From a virus (taxonomy: Duplodnaviria > Caudoviricetes), in the IMG/VR virus record IMGVR_UViG_3300042431_000999, positions 1-36,468 of that record: DNA of 36,468 bases. One strand, 5' to 3'. Each line of letters opens with the position of its first letter. Within the stretch, counting starts at the first letter, position 1. The notes under the pieces are model-generated. The model had not been told where the DNA came from. It ran no database searches and saw only the letters and a program-made list of their open reading frames with translations. This document shows, piece by piece, positions 27,408 to 35,325 of the stretch. The position numbers were made by a program, and so were the translations under genes.

Positions 27408-29159
27408 ATGGGTAACCGAGTCTCCGTTGGCACCGAGATCTGCGCGGATGCGCCACCCCTCATCGAAACCAGTCTGGACTGCTCACTCTGCACGATCGGG
27501 TTTCCCCAGTTCGGGGGACGGTTCCTCATCTCGTTTTATTCCGGAGACTTCTGCCCCACTGACGCGCTGGAGCCCTCCCCCTCGATCTGGTTGCAGGGGA
27601 TGTACCCGAAGATGACGCAACTGAAATGCGTCCAGCCCGGCTATGACCAGGAACCGGACCCGGGCCTGTTTGCGGGGGAAGGCATCTTCGGTTCGGTCAG
27701 CTACCTGAACCCGGCGACCAACCGCAGCGCCGCGCAACAGTTCCGGCACCGTGTCGAGGTGCGTCCCACCTCTGAGTACACCATGAACCTGAAGTGGACC
27801 TGCCAAGTGCTGGGTCCCCGCTCGATCTGGTCCCCCTACTCCTCCCTGAACATCGAGGTGGTGGAGGTACTCGGACCCAACGACAGTACCGCCACCCCGT
27901 ATCGGTCCCGGCAGTTCGTCCCGGTTTCCGGCACCTCCTATGTGCGCTGGGCCGGGGAAACCCGCACCTATCCGCCACCAGCAGGGGCCGCCCGCGGTGA
28001 CATCTACACCACGCAGTGGTCGCTGGAACAGGACCCGCCCCTCCAGTTCCTGCCCGACCCGTTCCCGCCCCAAACCCCGGCGGGCTGGGCGTTCGTCTGG
28101 GACGGCAGCAAGTGGAACGGCTATGGTTCAGCCACCCGCTGGGACATCGAGAAGATCCGGGCCGATAATGGCCAACCCATCACCATGCGCCGGTACATCC
28201 CCATCAGCGTGGACACCTCGATCGCTGGCGAGGGCGACGGGGTGGCGAGTGCGGGGATCACCTTGGGGCTTGAGTCCATGCGTGAGGGGTGCGGTGGCGG
28301 TGGCAACTCCTTCCCCATCTGCGGGATGTGGTTCCCGATCAAGGACGACAGCAATGACGGAGCTTGGCACACCTGTTTCAGGGTCATCACCCAGCCCGAC
28401 GGCGGGCTCCCCTGGATGACCCAGATCGGGGCCGACCAGACAGACTGCGGCAAGCGGTTCCTGGTGAACGATGGCACCGTCCAGTACGGACCCTACTGCG
28501 GATGCGACAAGGTGATAATGAAGGCGTGGGGGCGCTGGGAGTCCCAGAAGAACGATGCCATCCCCTGCTACTACCCCGAGGTGGTCTCCATCGGCGTGCC
28601 TGGGGAAGCCGTCGCCCAGGTCCAGGAGATCCAGACCAACGGCACCGGGTCTATCGTCATCAAGCAGTTGGACGGTGGGAAAATCTGGGCGTGCCACGGG
28701 ATCTCCCAGGGGGAAGACCCGACCAGCCCGGACAAGTGCAGCAAGATGGACTGGGACTTCTGCGAGGTCACGATGGACAAGGTGGTCACCACCGGCAGTC
28801 CGTATGTGTACAAGCTGCGCTTCGACCAGCACAAGCTGACGATGTGGCTGCACTCGCTCCGGTTCCCCTCGGACCCGATTCTCCCTGAGCCCTGCATCAA
28901 GAAGGACACGGCCACCAGGTTCGCCCCGGCCCCGGCTCCCAGCCCGGACTCCCCGCCCATGGACCGTCGTGGGCTGGAGCGGATCCAGTTGCCCTGCACC
29001 TACTTGGGGGAAAAGCTCCGCAACCAGCCGTTGAAATGCAGGTGCGGGACCGTTGATGTGTACACCTGCTCCAAGTTTGGCGAATGCACCCGGGTCATCC
29101 ATGATGGGCTGGACTGCTGCGCCACCTGTGACACGTACATCGGAAAGGTGCAGGTGTAA
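27408..29159 (+). CDS. Cys-rich virion-associated protein
   Basis: 583 aa; internal fibre-type YPP...GD.Y...VWDGSKW motif; C-terminal CTYLG..CRC...CSKFGEC...CCATCD domain. Confidence 0.7.
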   Translation: MGNRVSVGTEICADAPPLIETSLDCSLCTIGFPQFGGRFLISFYSGDFCPTDALEPSPSIWLQGMYPKMTQLKCVQPGYDQEPDPGLFAGEGIFGSVSYLNPATNRSAAQQFRHRVEVRPTSEYTMNLKWTCQVLGPRSIWSPYSSLNIEVVEVLGPNDSTATPYRSRQFVPVSGTSYVRWAGETRTYPPPAGAARGDIYTTQWSLEQDPPLQFLPDPFPPQTPAGWAFVWDGSKWNGYGSATRWDIEKIRADNGQPITMRRYIPISVDTSIAGEGDGVASAGITLGLESMREGCGGGGNSFPICGMWFPIKDDSNDGAWHTCFRVITQPDGGLPWMTQIGADQTDCGKRFLVNDGTVQYGPYCGCDKVIMKAWGRWESQKNDAIPCYYPEVVSIGVPGEAVAQVQEIQTNGTGSIVIKQLDGGKIWACHGISQGEDPTSPDKCSKMDWDFCEVTMDKVVTTGSPYVYKLRFDQHKLTMWLHSLRFPSDPILPEPCIKKDTATRFAPAPAPSPDSPPMDRRGLERIQLPCTYLGEKLRNQPLKCRCGTVDVYTCSKFGECTRVIHDGLDCCATCDTYIGKVQV

Positions 29160-29178
29160 AAATTCTCTCAATCACCCC

Positions 29179-29207
29179 TTGCAACTATACCGATATGGGT
29201 ATAGTAT
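29179..29207 (+). promoter_or_regulatory. Promoter TTGCAA-N17-TAGTAT overlapped by palindromic operator ACTATACC-N6-GGTATAGT
   Basis: Perfect 8-bp inverted repeat at 29184-29205 inside the promoter; hairpin TGTCAGGT/ACCTGACA at 29213-29234. Confidence 0.65.
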
Positions 29208-29253
29208 GAGGTTGTCAGGTACGAAAACCTGACAGGACACAAGAGGGGTTAAA

Positions 29254-29508
29254 ATGTACACAATCGAAGCGAAAATGTCTAACGGCAAGAACGAAACCTT
29301 TAACGACCTGACCGACCTTTTCAGGTGGTTGGCTCACTACAATCTGGAGCCAGACGAAAACGGCTGGACGGAACTAAACGAGTACTGTGAGAGGCGTGTG
29401 GCTTACGCGGTAGACGATGCACCTGAAGATCCATCTTGCGAAATGTTGGTACAGTGCCACATCCCCGGAGCAGCTCATAAGTTTATTACTGAATCCGAGG
29501 AAGTATGA
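29254..29508 (+). CDS. Small acidic hypothetical protein, moron-like
   Basis: GAGGGG RBS, lower GC than flanks, own promoter. Confidence 0.7.
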   Translation: MYTIEAKMSNGKNETFNDLTDLFRWLAHYNLEPDENGWTELNEYCERRVAYAVDDAPEDPSCEMLVQCHIPGAAHKFITESEEV

Positions 29509-29687
29509 ATCTGCTTTCCACCAACGAAGCTGCCACCCGGCTGGGAATCACCCAGCGCCGAGTGGTGGCCTTAATCACCTCGGGCCGGTTGCCCAGCCAG
29601 CGTGTTGGCAAAATGCACGTGGTGCGGGAAAAGGACCTCAAGTTGGTCAAGGACAGACCGCCGGGGAGACCGGCCAAAGACAAGTAA
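29505..29687 (+). CDS. Excisionase-like HTH DNA-binding protein (HTH_17 type)
   Basis: LLSTNEAATRLGITQRRVVALITSGRLPSQRVGKMHVV. Confidence 0.85.
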   Translation: MNLLSTNEAATRLGITQRRVVALITSGRLPSQRVGKMHVVREKDLKLVKDRPPGRPAKDK

Positions 29688-29697
29688 AGTAAGGCAG

Positions 29698-29725
29698 AGG
29701 CCCGGGGGACTGATCCTCCGGGCCT
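29698..29725. terminator. Hairpin between convergent genes
   Basis: AGGCCCGGGGGA-CTGA-TCCTCCGGGCCT stem. Confidence 0.6.
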
Positions 29726-29739
29726 TGCGGTTCTGTGAC

Positions 29740-30012
29740 CTATCTGTCCAAGTCCGCGTCAGCCTGAATGTCCAGACGCAAGTGCTTGGACATGTGCTTG
29801 ACCACTCTGATTGCGATTATGCGTCCCTGCTGGCCTGTATAGATGCCATGCAGGACACCGTTCACGATGGCCTTCCACTTTTTGCGCGTCTTGCCATCTG
29901 TCGGTGGGTCACCATACGGCAGCACGCTGCCTACGACCACGCCGTTGCACTCGATGTGAAACTCTTTGCCACCATGCGGACTGGGCCGCTTTTCCACCTT
30001 GGACTCAATCAT
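29740..30012 (-). CDS. Hypothetical protein
   Basis: MIESKVEK... with GAGG RBS; last gene of the leftward operon. Confidence 0.6.
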   Translation of the reverse strand: MIESKVEKRPSPHGGKEFHIECNGVVVGSVLPYGDPPTDGKTRKKWKAIVNGVLHGIYTGQQGRIIAIRVVKHMSKHLRLDIQADADLDR

Positions 30013-30019
30013 TCTCGCC

Positions 30020-30847
30020 TCAATCTGTGCAGTGGCAGGGTAGTGTGTCATCGTCAGGGAAGCGGAACTCTTGTTGGGATTCCGCCATCTGGATCAATCC
30101 GCGGTAGGAGGGTCGGTCTGAACGAAACCGGCCAATCTTGGCGGTGCCATCCTCCTTCCGCCCGATGGCCCGCTCTTCACGGCTGGCCCACCATTCCAAG
30201 GACCCCGCGTCTTCCTTGGCAATCCTCTGAATCTTGTCCCTTCCCTTCAGGAAGCAACCCACGCAGTTACCGAGTAGGCGGGGAATGCCAAGCCGGAATG
30301 GATGCTCTTGCCAGAAGCGTTCCACGTCCTCCAGGGTGTGGCGGGCATGGTACATGGGGCAATCGACCTCGTTGCGCCTACTGTTGGACTTGATCCGGGT
30401 CACCCGGTGCGGCTCGTCATAGCGCAGACCGACCACCTCGGTGTGCCCATCGTTAAACCCAAGGGTTTCTGCCCACCGATCAATGGTGCGAATCTTCAGT
30501 TCCACTGTGCAGAACCTAGTCACAGGGTTGGGCAGGTACTGCCGCTCCTCCACCAGGATGTCAAACGGCTCCCCGTTGCGGCTGGCGGTCTCGTAGGTGA
30601 CCTCCACCCAAGACTTCTTGGGGCGGTACTCCAGCCAATGGACCTTGACTCCCCAGTTCTGCTCCACATCCCGGATGAATTCCAAGGTGGCAGGGTGTTC
30701 CAGACCGGTGTTGGCGAAGACCACCTTGATGTCGTCGGGCAGCGTTCCTCCATAAGCCCGCAAAACCTGCCACAGCATGAATCCGCTGGTGGCTCCACCC
30801 GAGAACGAGATGATCCCGGGGGTGTCAATCCGGTAGTGGTCAATCAT
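30020..30847 (-). CDS. PAPS reductase-like (PP-loop, adenine nucleotide alpha-hydrolase) protein
   Basis: ISFSGGATSG, VFANTGLEH, RFCTVELK, GLRYDE, GNCVGCFLK and C-terminal CHCTD. Confidence 0.85.
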   Translation of the reverse strand: MIDHYRIDTPGIISFSGGATSGFMLWQVLRAYGGTLPDDIKVVFANTGLEHPATLEFIRDVEQNWGVKVHWLEYRPKKSWVEVTYETASRNGEPFDILVEERQYLPNPVTRFCTVELKIRTIDRWAETLGFNDGHTEVVGLRYDEPHRVTRIKSNSRRNEVDCPMYHARHTLEDVERFWQEHPFRLGIPRLLGNCVGCFLKGRDKIQRIAKEDAGSLEWWASREERAIGRKEDGTAKIGRFRSDRPSYRGLIQMAESQQEFRFPDDDTLPCHCTD

Positions 30848-31403
30848 TCCACCACCCCCTTGCCCGCGCCGCCTGCCTAGCCTTGTCAAAAAGGTTTTCC
30901 TGCATGGCCGTGTCAGCATCCACCCGGACGATGGCGAGTTGCTCCTCATGGCGCGGAGTGTCAGGGAAAAACGAGGCGAACAGCATGGACTGATGACCCA
31001 TGACTAACATCTGCCAGTTCACCTGGGGACGGTAATAGTCTACCACCTCCCCACCTAAGGCCATCTCGTGGACCTTCCAGCTTGGGCACTTGATCTCGAC
31101 GATGATCTTGTGGTCGTCACTGATACCGTCCAGACTCGCCCGCAAGAACTTGTACTGAGCGTGCTGGAAACACCCGGGGCGGATCCAGCACTGGGTCGTC
31201 TCGATGAACCTCATGCGGGCGGCGGGTTCCAGCGCGGTGCCCCTTGCCATGCGGGCGTTGGGGGCTTTCTCCATCTTCAGCTTCTTGAGCCCCCCGAAGA
31301 ACCCGGCCATCTGGCAGGCATCACTGCTGCCGAAACCCTCGTCACGCCAACGGCTCCAAGCCTCACTGCCCTGCTCCAGACCCTTCAGTTCTTCAGCGTT
31401 CAT
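30840..31403 (-). CDS. YqaJ/lambda-exonuclease family nuclease
   Basis: QGSEAW..WR..G.GSSD, M.RGTALEP.AR, ASLDG, IVEIKCP, YY.PQV.WQM. Confidence 0.9.
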   Translation of the reverse strand: MNAEELKGLEQGSEAWSRWRDEGFGSSDACQMAGFFGGLKKLKMEKAPNARMARGTALEPAARMRFIETTQCWIRPGCFQHAQYKFLRASLDGISDDHKIIVEIKCPSWKVHEMALGGEVVDYYRPQVNWQMLVMGHQSMLFASFFPDTPRHEEQLAIVRVDADTAMQENLFDKARQAARARGWWND

Positions 31404-31990
31404 GCTGCCTCCCATGTGATTCCGATTCGTCGAACCTTTTCGCGGAGACGATCCACCGCGTAGCAGACTGCCTGCCGGGACATGCCCACCTTGGCACCGG
31501 TTTCGGTCATCGATAGCCCTGCCATCAGGTGTTTGCAGATCTTCTGATCACGTTTGCTGATGCCTGACATCACCCTTGCCACGGTTGCCCGGTCATGCTC
31601 CCGGCGTACCCACCCGAAGTGGTCACCAGAGCAGGGAATGACGTTGGTCAGGTCCTCGATTGAGACGGTAGTGGAAGCGCGGCATTGGGCCTCCGAGTGA
31701 CGCATGAGTTGCGTCCGAACTGCCCGTGCCTGCCACAGCAACCATGTGGTGAACGCACCCTTAGTCTTGTCGTACTTGTAGCCAGCGTGAACCACCCTGA
31801 TGGTCAGCTCCGAAACGAACTCCTCAGGGCTGATACCCAGCGGTGGGCGAACCTTGTGGGCGGCCCAGAACAGCAATGCCGGTTGCCGCTGTAGTCTCTC
31901 CCGGACCCGTTGCCGCCCCCACTGCTTCTGGGCTTTCGTCGGCGCAGCTGCAACCTGGATTCCATCTAGACCTGTTTTTTCAGCACCCAT
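31400..31990 (-). CDS. Sigma-70 family RNA polymerase sigma factor-like protein
   Basis: Region 2 KYDKTKGAFTTW and region 4 GLSMTETGAKVGMSRQAV; start codon uncertain. Confidence 0.75.
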   Translation of the reverse strand: MGAEKTGLDGIQVAAAPTKAQKQWGRQRVRERLQRQPALLFWAAHKVRPPLGISPEEFVSELTIRVVHAGYKYDKTKGAFTTWLLWQARAVRTQLMRHSEAQCRASTTVSIEDLTNVIPCSGDHFGWVRREHDRATVARVMSGISKRDQKICKHLMAGLSMTETGAKVGMSRQAVCYAVDRLREKVRRIGITWEAA

Positions 31991-32051
31991 CAGCACACCC
32001 GGATTCCTGTTGTTTTCCGTACCAGCAACCCAAACTACCCCCCTGCCGCCG

Positions 32052-32075
32052 GGTTGACAAGATGACAATATGTCA
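32052..32075. promoter_or_regulatory. TTGACA box and TGACA-ATA-TGTCA palindrome between divergent sigma-like and integrase genes
   Basis: GGTTGACAAG at 32052-32061 recurs at 33999-34008; palindrome at 32063-32075. Confidence 0.45.
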
Positions 32076-32112
32076 CTGGGATACTTGCTCACACCCAAAC
32101 GGAGGAGACCCG

Positions 32113-32982
32113 ATGACTATTAGGGAATTGTTGACCCGGATGCTGGCGGATAGGACTGACCTGAGAAGGACCACCAGGATCAGCTACCGGGTGGAACTCC
32201 AACGGCTGGCCGACCTGTTCGATGTGGAACCTGAGACCCTGACCGCACCCAAGTTGGAGCGTTGGGCTGGCTCAAACCAGCTACGCCGCCGCACCCTGAA
32301 GACCCTGAAGAGCTTGCTGAACTGGGCGATGCGAGTCGGGCTGGTTGGGGCAAACCCGGTGGCTCCATGCAAGGGGCCCAAGGTCAAAACCTTGACCAAT
32401 CGCCCAGGCATTCACCGCGCATTGGAACTGCCCGCAGCATTCAGTAAGCCACGGGACAGGGCCCTCGTCACCTTCCTGCTTGATTCAGGCCTGAGGATCC
32501 GCGAGGCATTGGGCCTAACATGGGACCGGGTGGACCTAACCAACCGCTCGGTGTTGGTGGACAGGGCGTTGGACACCCTGGGCCAGTTCCAAGGGCTCAA
32601 GGTGGATGGCGCCGAAAGGGACTTGATCTTGTCCGCCCGGACGGTGGCACTTCTGCGGGATATCCAGCCAAAGCTGAACCGCGGACCGGTGTTCCGCAAC
32701 CGATTCGGTGGTCACCTCGATGCCCACAACTGGCACTGTCGGGCTTGGAAACCCGCCCTCCAACGGGCCGGGATATACCTCAGAATCCACGATCTACGCC
32801 ATGCCTGTGCCAGCCTCTTGCTTGAGGCGGGCTTGCCCATTGCCGCAGTCCAGCAACGCCTAGGACACTCCTCCATCGAAACCACCATGCGCCACTACGC
32901 CCGCAGGTCGGCCAAGTTGAGCCGGGATGCCGCGTCCGCCATGGATGGGATTCTGGGTGGCCTAGGCAACACGGATTCCTGA
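32113..32982 (+). CDS. int: Tyrosine recombinase/integrase
   Basis: SGLRIREALGL (R), IHDLRH (HxxR), LGHSS and TTMRHY catalytic motifs; GGAGGAG RBS. Confidence 0.95.
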   Translation: MTIRELLTRMLADRTDLRRTTRISYRVELQRLADLFDVEPETLTAPKLERWAGSNQLRRRTLKTLKSLLNWAMRVGLVGANPVAPCKGPKVKTLTNRPGIHRALELPAAFSKPRDRALVTFLLDSGLRIREALGLTWDRVDLTNRSVLVDRALDTLGQFQGLKVDGAERDLILSARTVALLRDIQPKLNRGPVFRNRFGGHLDAHNWHCRAWKPALQRAGIYLRIHDLRHACASLLLEAGLPIAAVQQRLGHSSIETTMRHYARRSAKLSRDAASAMDGILGGLGNTDS

Positions 32983-33006
32983 TACCAAGCCAACTGGTAC
33001 GCCTGT

Positions 33007-33045
33007 CCGGACACCCTCACCGGACACCCGGACACAACCGGACAC
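33007..33045 (+). repeat. Four direct repeats CCGGACAC, likely integrase arm-type or accessory-factor sites
   Basis: Copies at 33007, 33020, 33028 and 33038, just after the int stop. Confidence 0.65.
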
Positions 33046-33279
33046 GATATCGGGCGCTATACCACGCCGGGGCCTTCCCTGGCGTTTTTGCGTTCTAAGC
33101 CACGCAGAGTGCAAAGTGGTACGATCCGTCACCTTGGGGCGCAAAAGCCCGCCAGAACGCAAAATAGGGGCCATTCTGGCCATGCTGGTGTCTGTTGGTC
33201 TGAATGAGGTGGTCAAACGAGGGACTAGAAGGTCCGGTGACCAGTTACGCTGGAAACAAAGCTACTTGCATCACATGTA

Positions 33280-33304
33280 AGCATCTTGTCCGAAGACCGA
33301 TGCT
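33280..33304. mobile_element. attP core: AGCATC-N3-[7-bp overlap TCCGAAG]-N3-GATGCT
   Basis: 6-bp inverted repeats placed symmetrically around the tRNA anticodon loop, where tRNA similarity stops. Confidence 0.75.
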
Positions 33305-33327
33305 CTGTCCAGTTGAGCTACGGGTGC
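33289..33327 (-). tRNA. 5' half only of tRNA-Arg(UCG), att-site fragment
   Basis: Minus strand GCACCCG-TA-GCTC-AACTGGACA-GAGC-A-TCGGT-CTTCGGA: acceptor 5' strand, D-arm, anticodon 5' strand and loop. No ACCGA, T-arm or 3' acceptor strand follows. Confidence 0.85.
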
Positions 33328-33335
33328 GTATATCA

Positions 33336-33364
33336 GTTCTACCACATCACCGCATATCGTGCAA
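33336..33364 (-). promoter_or_regulatory. Promoter TTGCAC-N17-TAGAAC with extended -10 TG, upstream of the tRNA half
   Basis: Minus strand ttgcac gatatgcggtgatgtgg tagaac tgatatac GCACCC. Confidence 0.55.
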
Positions 33365-33613
33365 GACCTTCTGGAGGTGACGGGATGCCGGGTTGCAGCC
33401 CCCTCCTCCCCTGCACCCCTCCACCCTGTGGGATGTGTCGGGTTGGTCGGTTATGGGGTTTTTCCTGCCGCCGAAAAATGGTGGTGGTGGTTAACCGGCC
33501 AGGCGTACCGGTGTACCAACCGCACTGCTGAATCGTTTGTGCAAACCCATTACTGCTGATCGCCAAGTCTCCTCAGGGTGGTGGGTAACTGACCTCCATA
33601 CCCGTCAGTGCTA

Positions 33614-33637
33614 CATGAACTACTAACGTAGTTCATG
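33614..33637. promoter_or_regulatory. Perfect 10-bp inverted repeat CATGAACTAC-TAAC-GTAGTTCATG
   Basis: AT-rich palindrome downstream of the RHH gene; operator or terminator. Confidence 0.5.
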
Positions 33638-33688
33638 ATGAATAGTACACGCCCGCGCATGCGTAAGCACACGCCGTGCCAAATGGAC

Positions 33689-33931
33689 CTACTTGCCCTT
33701 AGCTGCCTTTAGCTTTGCCTGGAACCGGCGCTGCATCTCGTTGATGCGGTCAGTGACGAGTGGTAGCTGCTCGGTGCAGAATTCCATCACCGCTTGGATG
33801 GCCAACTCCTTCTCGGTTTTGCCCAACGCCATCGCCACCATGTTCAGCAGCTCCTTGGACTCAAGGTCCAACCTGACCGTCAGGTTAACGTCCCTCGGAT
33901 CGCCTGACTTATCTACCTTGCCCTTGCTCAC
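33689..33931 (-). CDS. Ribbon-helix-helix-like transcriptional regulator, candidate repressor
   Basis: VNLTVRLDLESKELLNMVAMALGKTEKELAIQAV; GTG start with AGGGAGG RBS; divergent from the early operon. Confidence 0.7.
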   Translation of the reverse strand: MSKGKVDKSGDPRDVNLTVRLDLESKELLNMVAMALGKTEKELAIQAVMEFCTEQLPLVTDRINEMQRRFQAKLKAAKGK

Positions 33932-34121
33932 ATTCAGCCTCCCTAGAAGGTGTCTTCGGAAATCCAACCCTGTCACCAGCTTACAGCGAAACTTGACAGG
34001 TTGACAAGTCACGGCTTGCAAACCTGCCTGCCTGAACCCAGAATCCTGTGACCACCTGTACCCAGTCACCGTGACTGAATACGCCGGTTGGTACGCTAGT
34101 GAACATGTTTGGGAAAAAAAT

Positions 34122-34772
34122 ATGAATCAGCCTGTCACCACGGATTTGGCCATCGTGCCGAGTCCGCAACCGAGTAACCAGGAGTCGAAACCGGCTCCTA
34201 CCGCCAACGAGCTAGTCGCGGCAAACGCAGTCAAGAGCGGCATGTTTAAGGGTTTGACGGTCAGCACGGCCCTGATGATTCTGCAAATGGCCGAGGAGCT
34301 TCAGATCCCTGCCGCTCAGGCCTTTGGCAGCATCCACATCGTGCAGGGCAAGCTGGTGCTGTCTGCCACCCTGCTGGGTGCGTTGGTGCAGCGTTCAGGG
34401 AGCTTTGACTACCGGGTCACAGAAAACACGGACAAGGCCGCCGAGGTGGAAATCTTGCGCCGGGTGGATGGTGCGTGGGCATCGGTTGGCAAATTCCGGT
34501 TCAGCATTGAGATGGCCAAGCGGGCTGAGTTGCTTGGCAAGTCCGTCTGGAAACAGTACCCCGAGGCGATGCTGTTCTCGCGGGCCCTGACCGCAGCAAT
34601 CCGCATGTTCGCGCCTTCACTCACAGTGGTCGCCTGCTACACGCCTGAGGAGGCTGAGACATTTGACAGCCCGCAGCGTTTTGGTGGTCAACAACCCACC
34701 CGTCGCATGACGGAATCAGAAGCGGGCCAGATGGCCAGCATGGTCAACGGCGTGCGTGAGGCCAACTCCTAA
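34122..34772 (+). CDS. RecT/Red-beta-like single-strand annealing protein
   Basis: A.EL.I...QA..SIHIVQGK..LSA..., FSIEMAKRA.L..K..WKQYPEAML..RA......R..AP.......YTPEE. Confidence 0.8.
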   Translation: MNQPVTTDLAIVPSPQPSNQESKPAPTANELVAANAVKSGMFKGLTVSTALMILQMAEELQIPAAQAFGSIHIVQGKLVLSATLLGALVQRSGSFDYRVTENTDKAAEVEILRRVDGAWASVGKFRFSIEMAKRAELLGKSVWKQYPEAMLFSRALTAAIRMFAPSLTVVACYTPEEAETFDSPQRFGGQQPTRRMTESEAGQMASMVNGVREANS

Positions 34773-34775
34773 TCC

Positions 34776-34836
34776 ACCAACGGGTCAGGAGGTTGGGGCC
34801 GCTCACCCCTACCACTTCACATCCTGACCCGTTGGT
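34776..34836 (+). other. Long intergenic stem-loop
   Basis: Perfect 15-bp inverted repeat ACCAACGGGTCAGGA/TCCTGACCCGTTGGT enclosing a second helix; no U tract. Confidence 0.7.
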
Positions 34837-34881
34837 CCCCGAGCTTTCTCGTCATCACATCAATCACAGGAATGGACACCT

Positions 34882-35325
34882 ATGTCTCTAAGCATCGGAT
34901 ATCACCGCGCAAAGATCATGACCACCGCAGTTGCGGTACGCAACGACTCACGATGGGTCGAACTAGAAGTGTTCACGGAAGGTGGTGAACAGGTGCTGGT
35001 GAAGCTGTACCTCACCCAGCGTGCCCTGCCGTGGACCCAGCAGAAGTTGGAGCGTCTTGGCTTCAAGGATTCGTTGGCCAGCATTGCAGGCAACCGCTCC
35101 ATGCTTACCGGTCTGGTCGTGGACCTGCGGGCAAAGGAGGGCAAATCCCCACGCAACGATGGTGGGTTCTGGCCTGAGTACGAGGTCTACCTGCCGAAGT
35201 CAAAGGCAACAGCCCCTGCTCAGGACCTGCCTGATGGTGAGCTACCCACCGAGGGTCGCTTGACTGAGGCGCAACTGGGAGCCCTGGAGGACGAGGTTGG
35301 CGGGTTTGACTGGGGGGTCAAATGA
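34882..35325 (+). CDS. Putative phage single-stranded DNA-binding protein (DUF669-like)
   Basis: G.H.AKI...ELEV...LYLT..AL......L..LG pattern, acidic C-terminus ending in aromatic residues; follows the annealase. Confidence 0.55.
   Translation: MSLSIGYHRAKIMTTAVAVRNDSRWVELEVFTEGGEQVLVKLYLTQRALPWTQQKLERLGFKDSLASIAGNRSMLTGLVVDLRAKEGKSPRNDGGFWPEYEVYLPKSKATAPAQDLPDGELPTEGRLTEAQLGALEDEVGGFDWGVK

Noticed and set aside
3023-29171. Many long minus-strand ORFs (e.g. 3980-5011, 8808-10040, 26063-27529) and plus-strand 29602-30393
   Set aside because: Shadow frames of GC-rich genes on the opposite strand, fully overlapping better-supported CDSs.
33273-33282. 10-nt match (GCTTACATGT) between concatenated NN of tract 3 and the minus strand next to attP
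   Set aside because: Several 10-mer matches are expected by chance in a window this size, and the flanks do not extend the match.
33250-33327. Complete phage tRNA-Arg gene
   Set aside because: No 3' anticodon strand, T-arm or acceptor 3' strand follows the loop.
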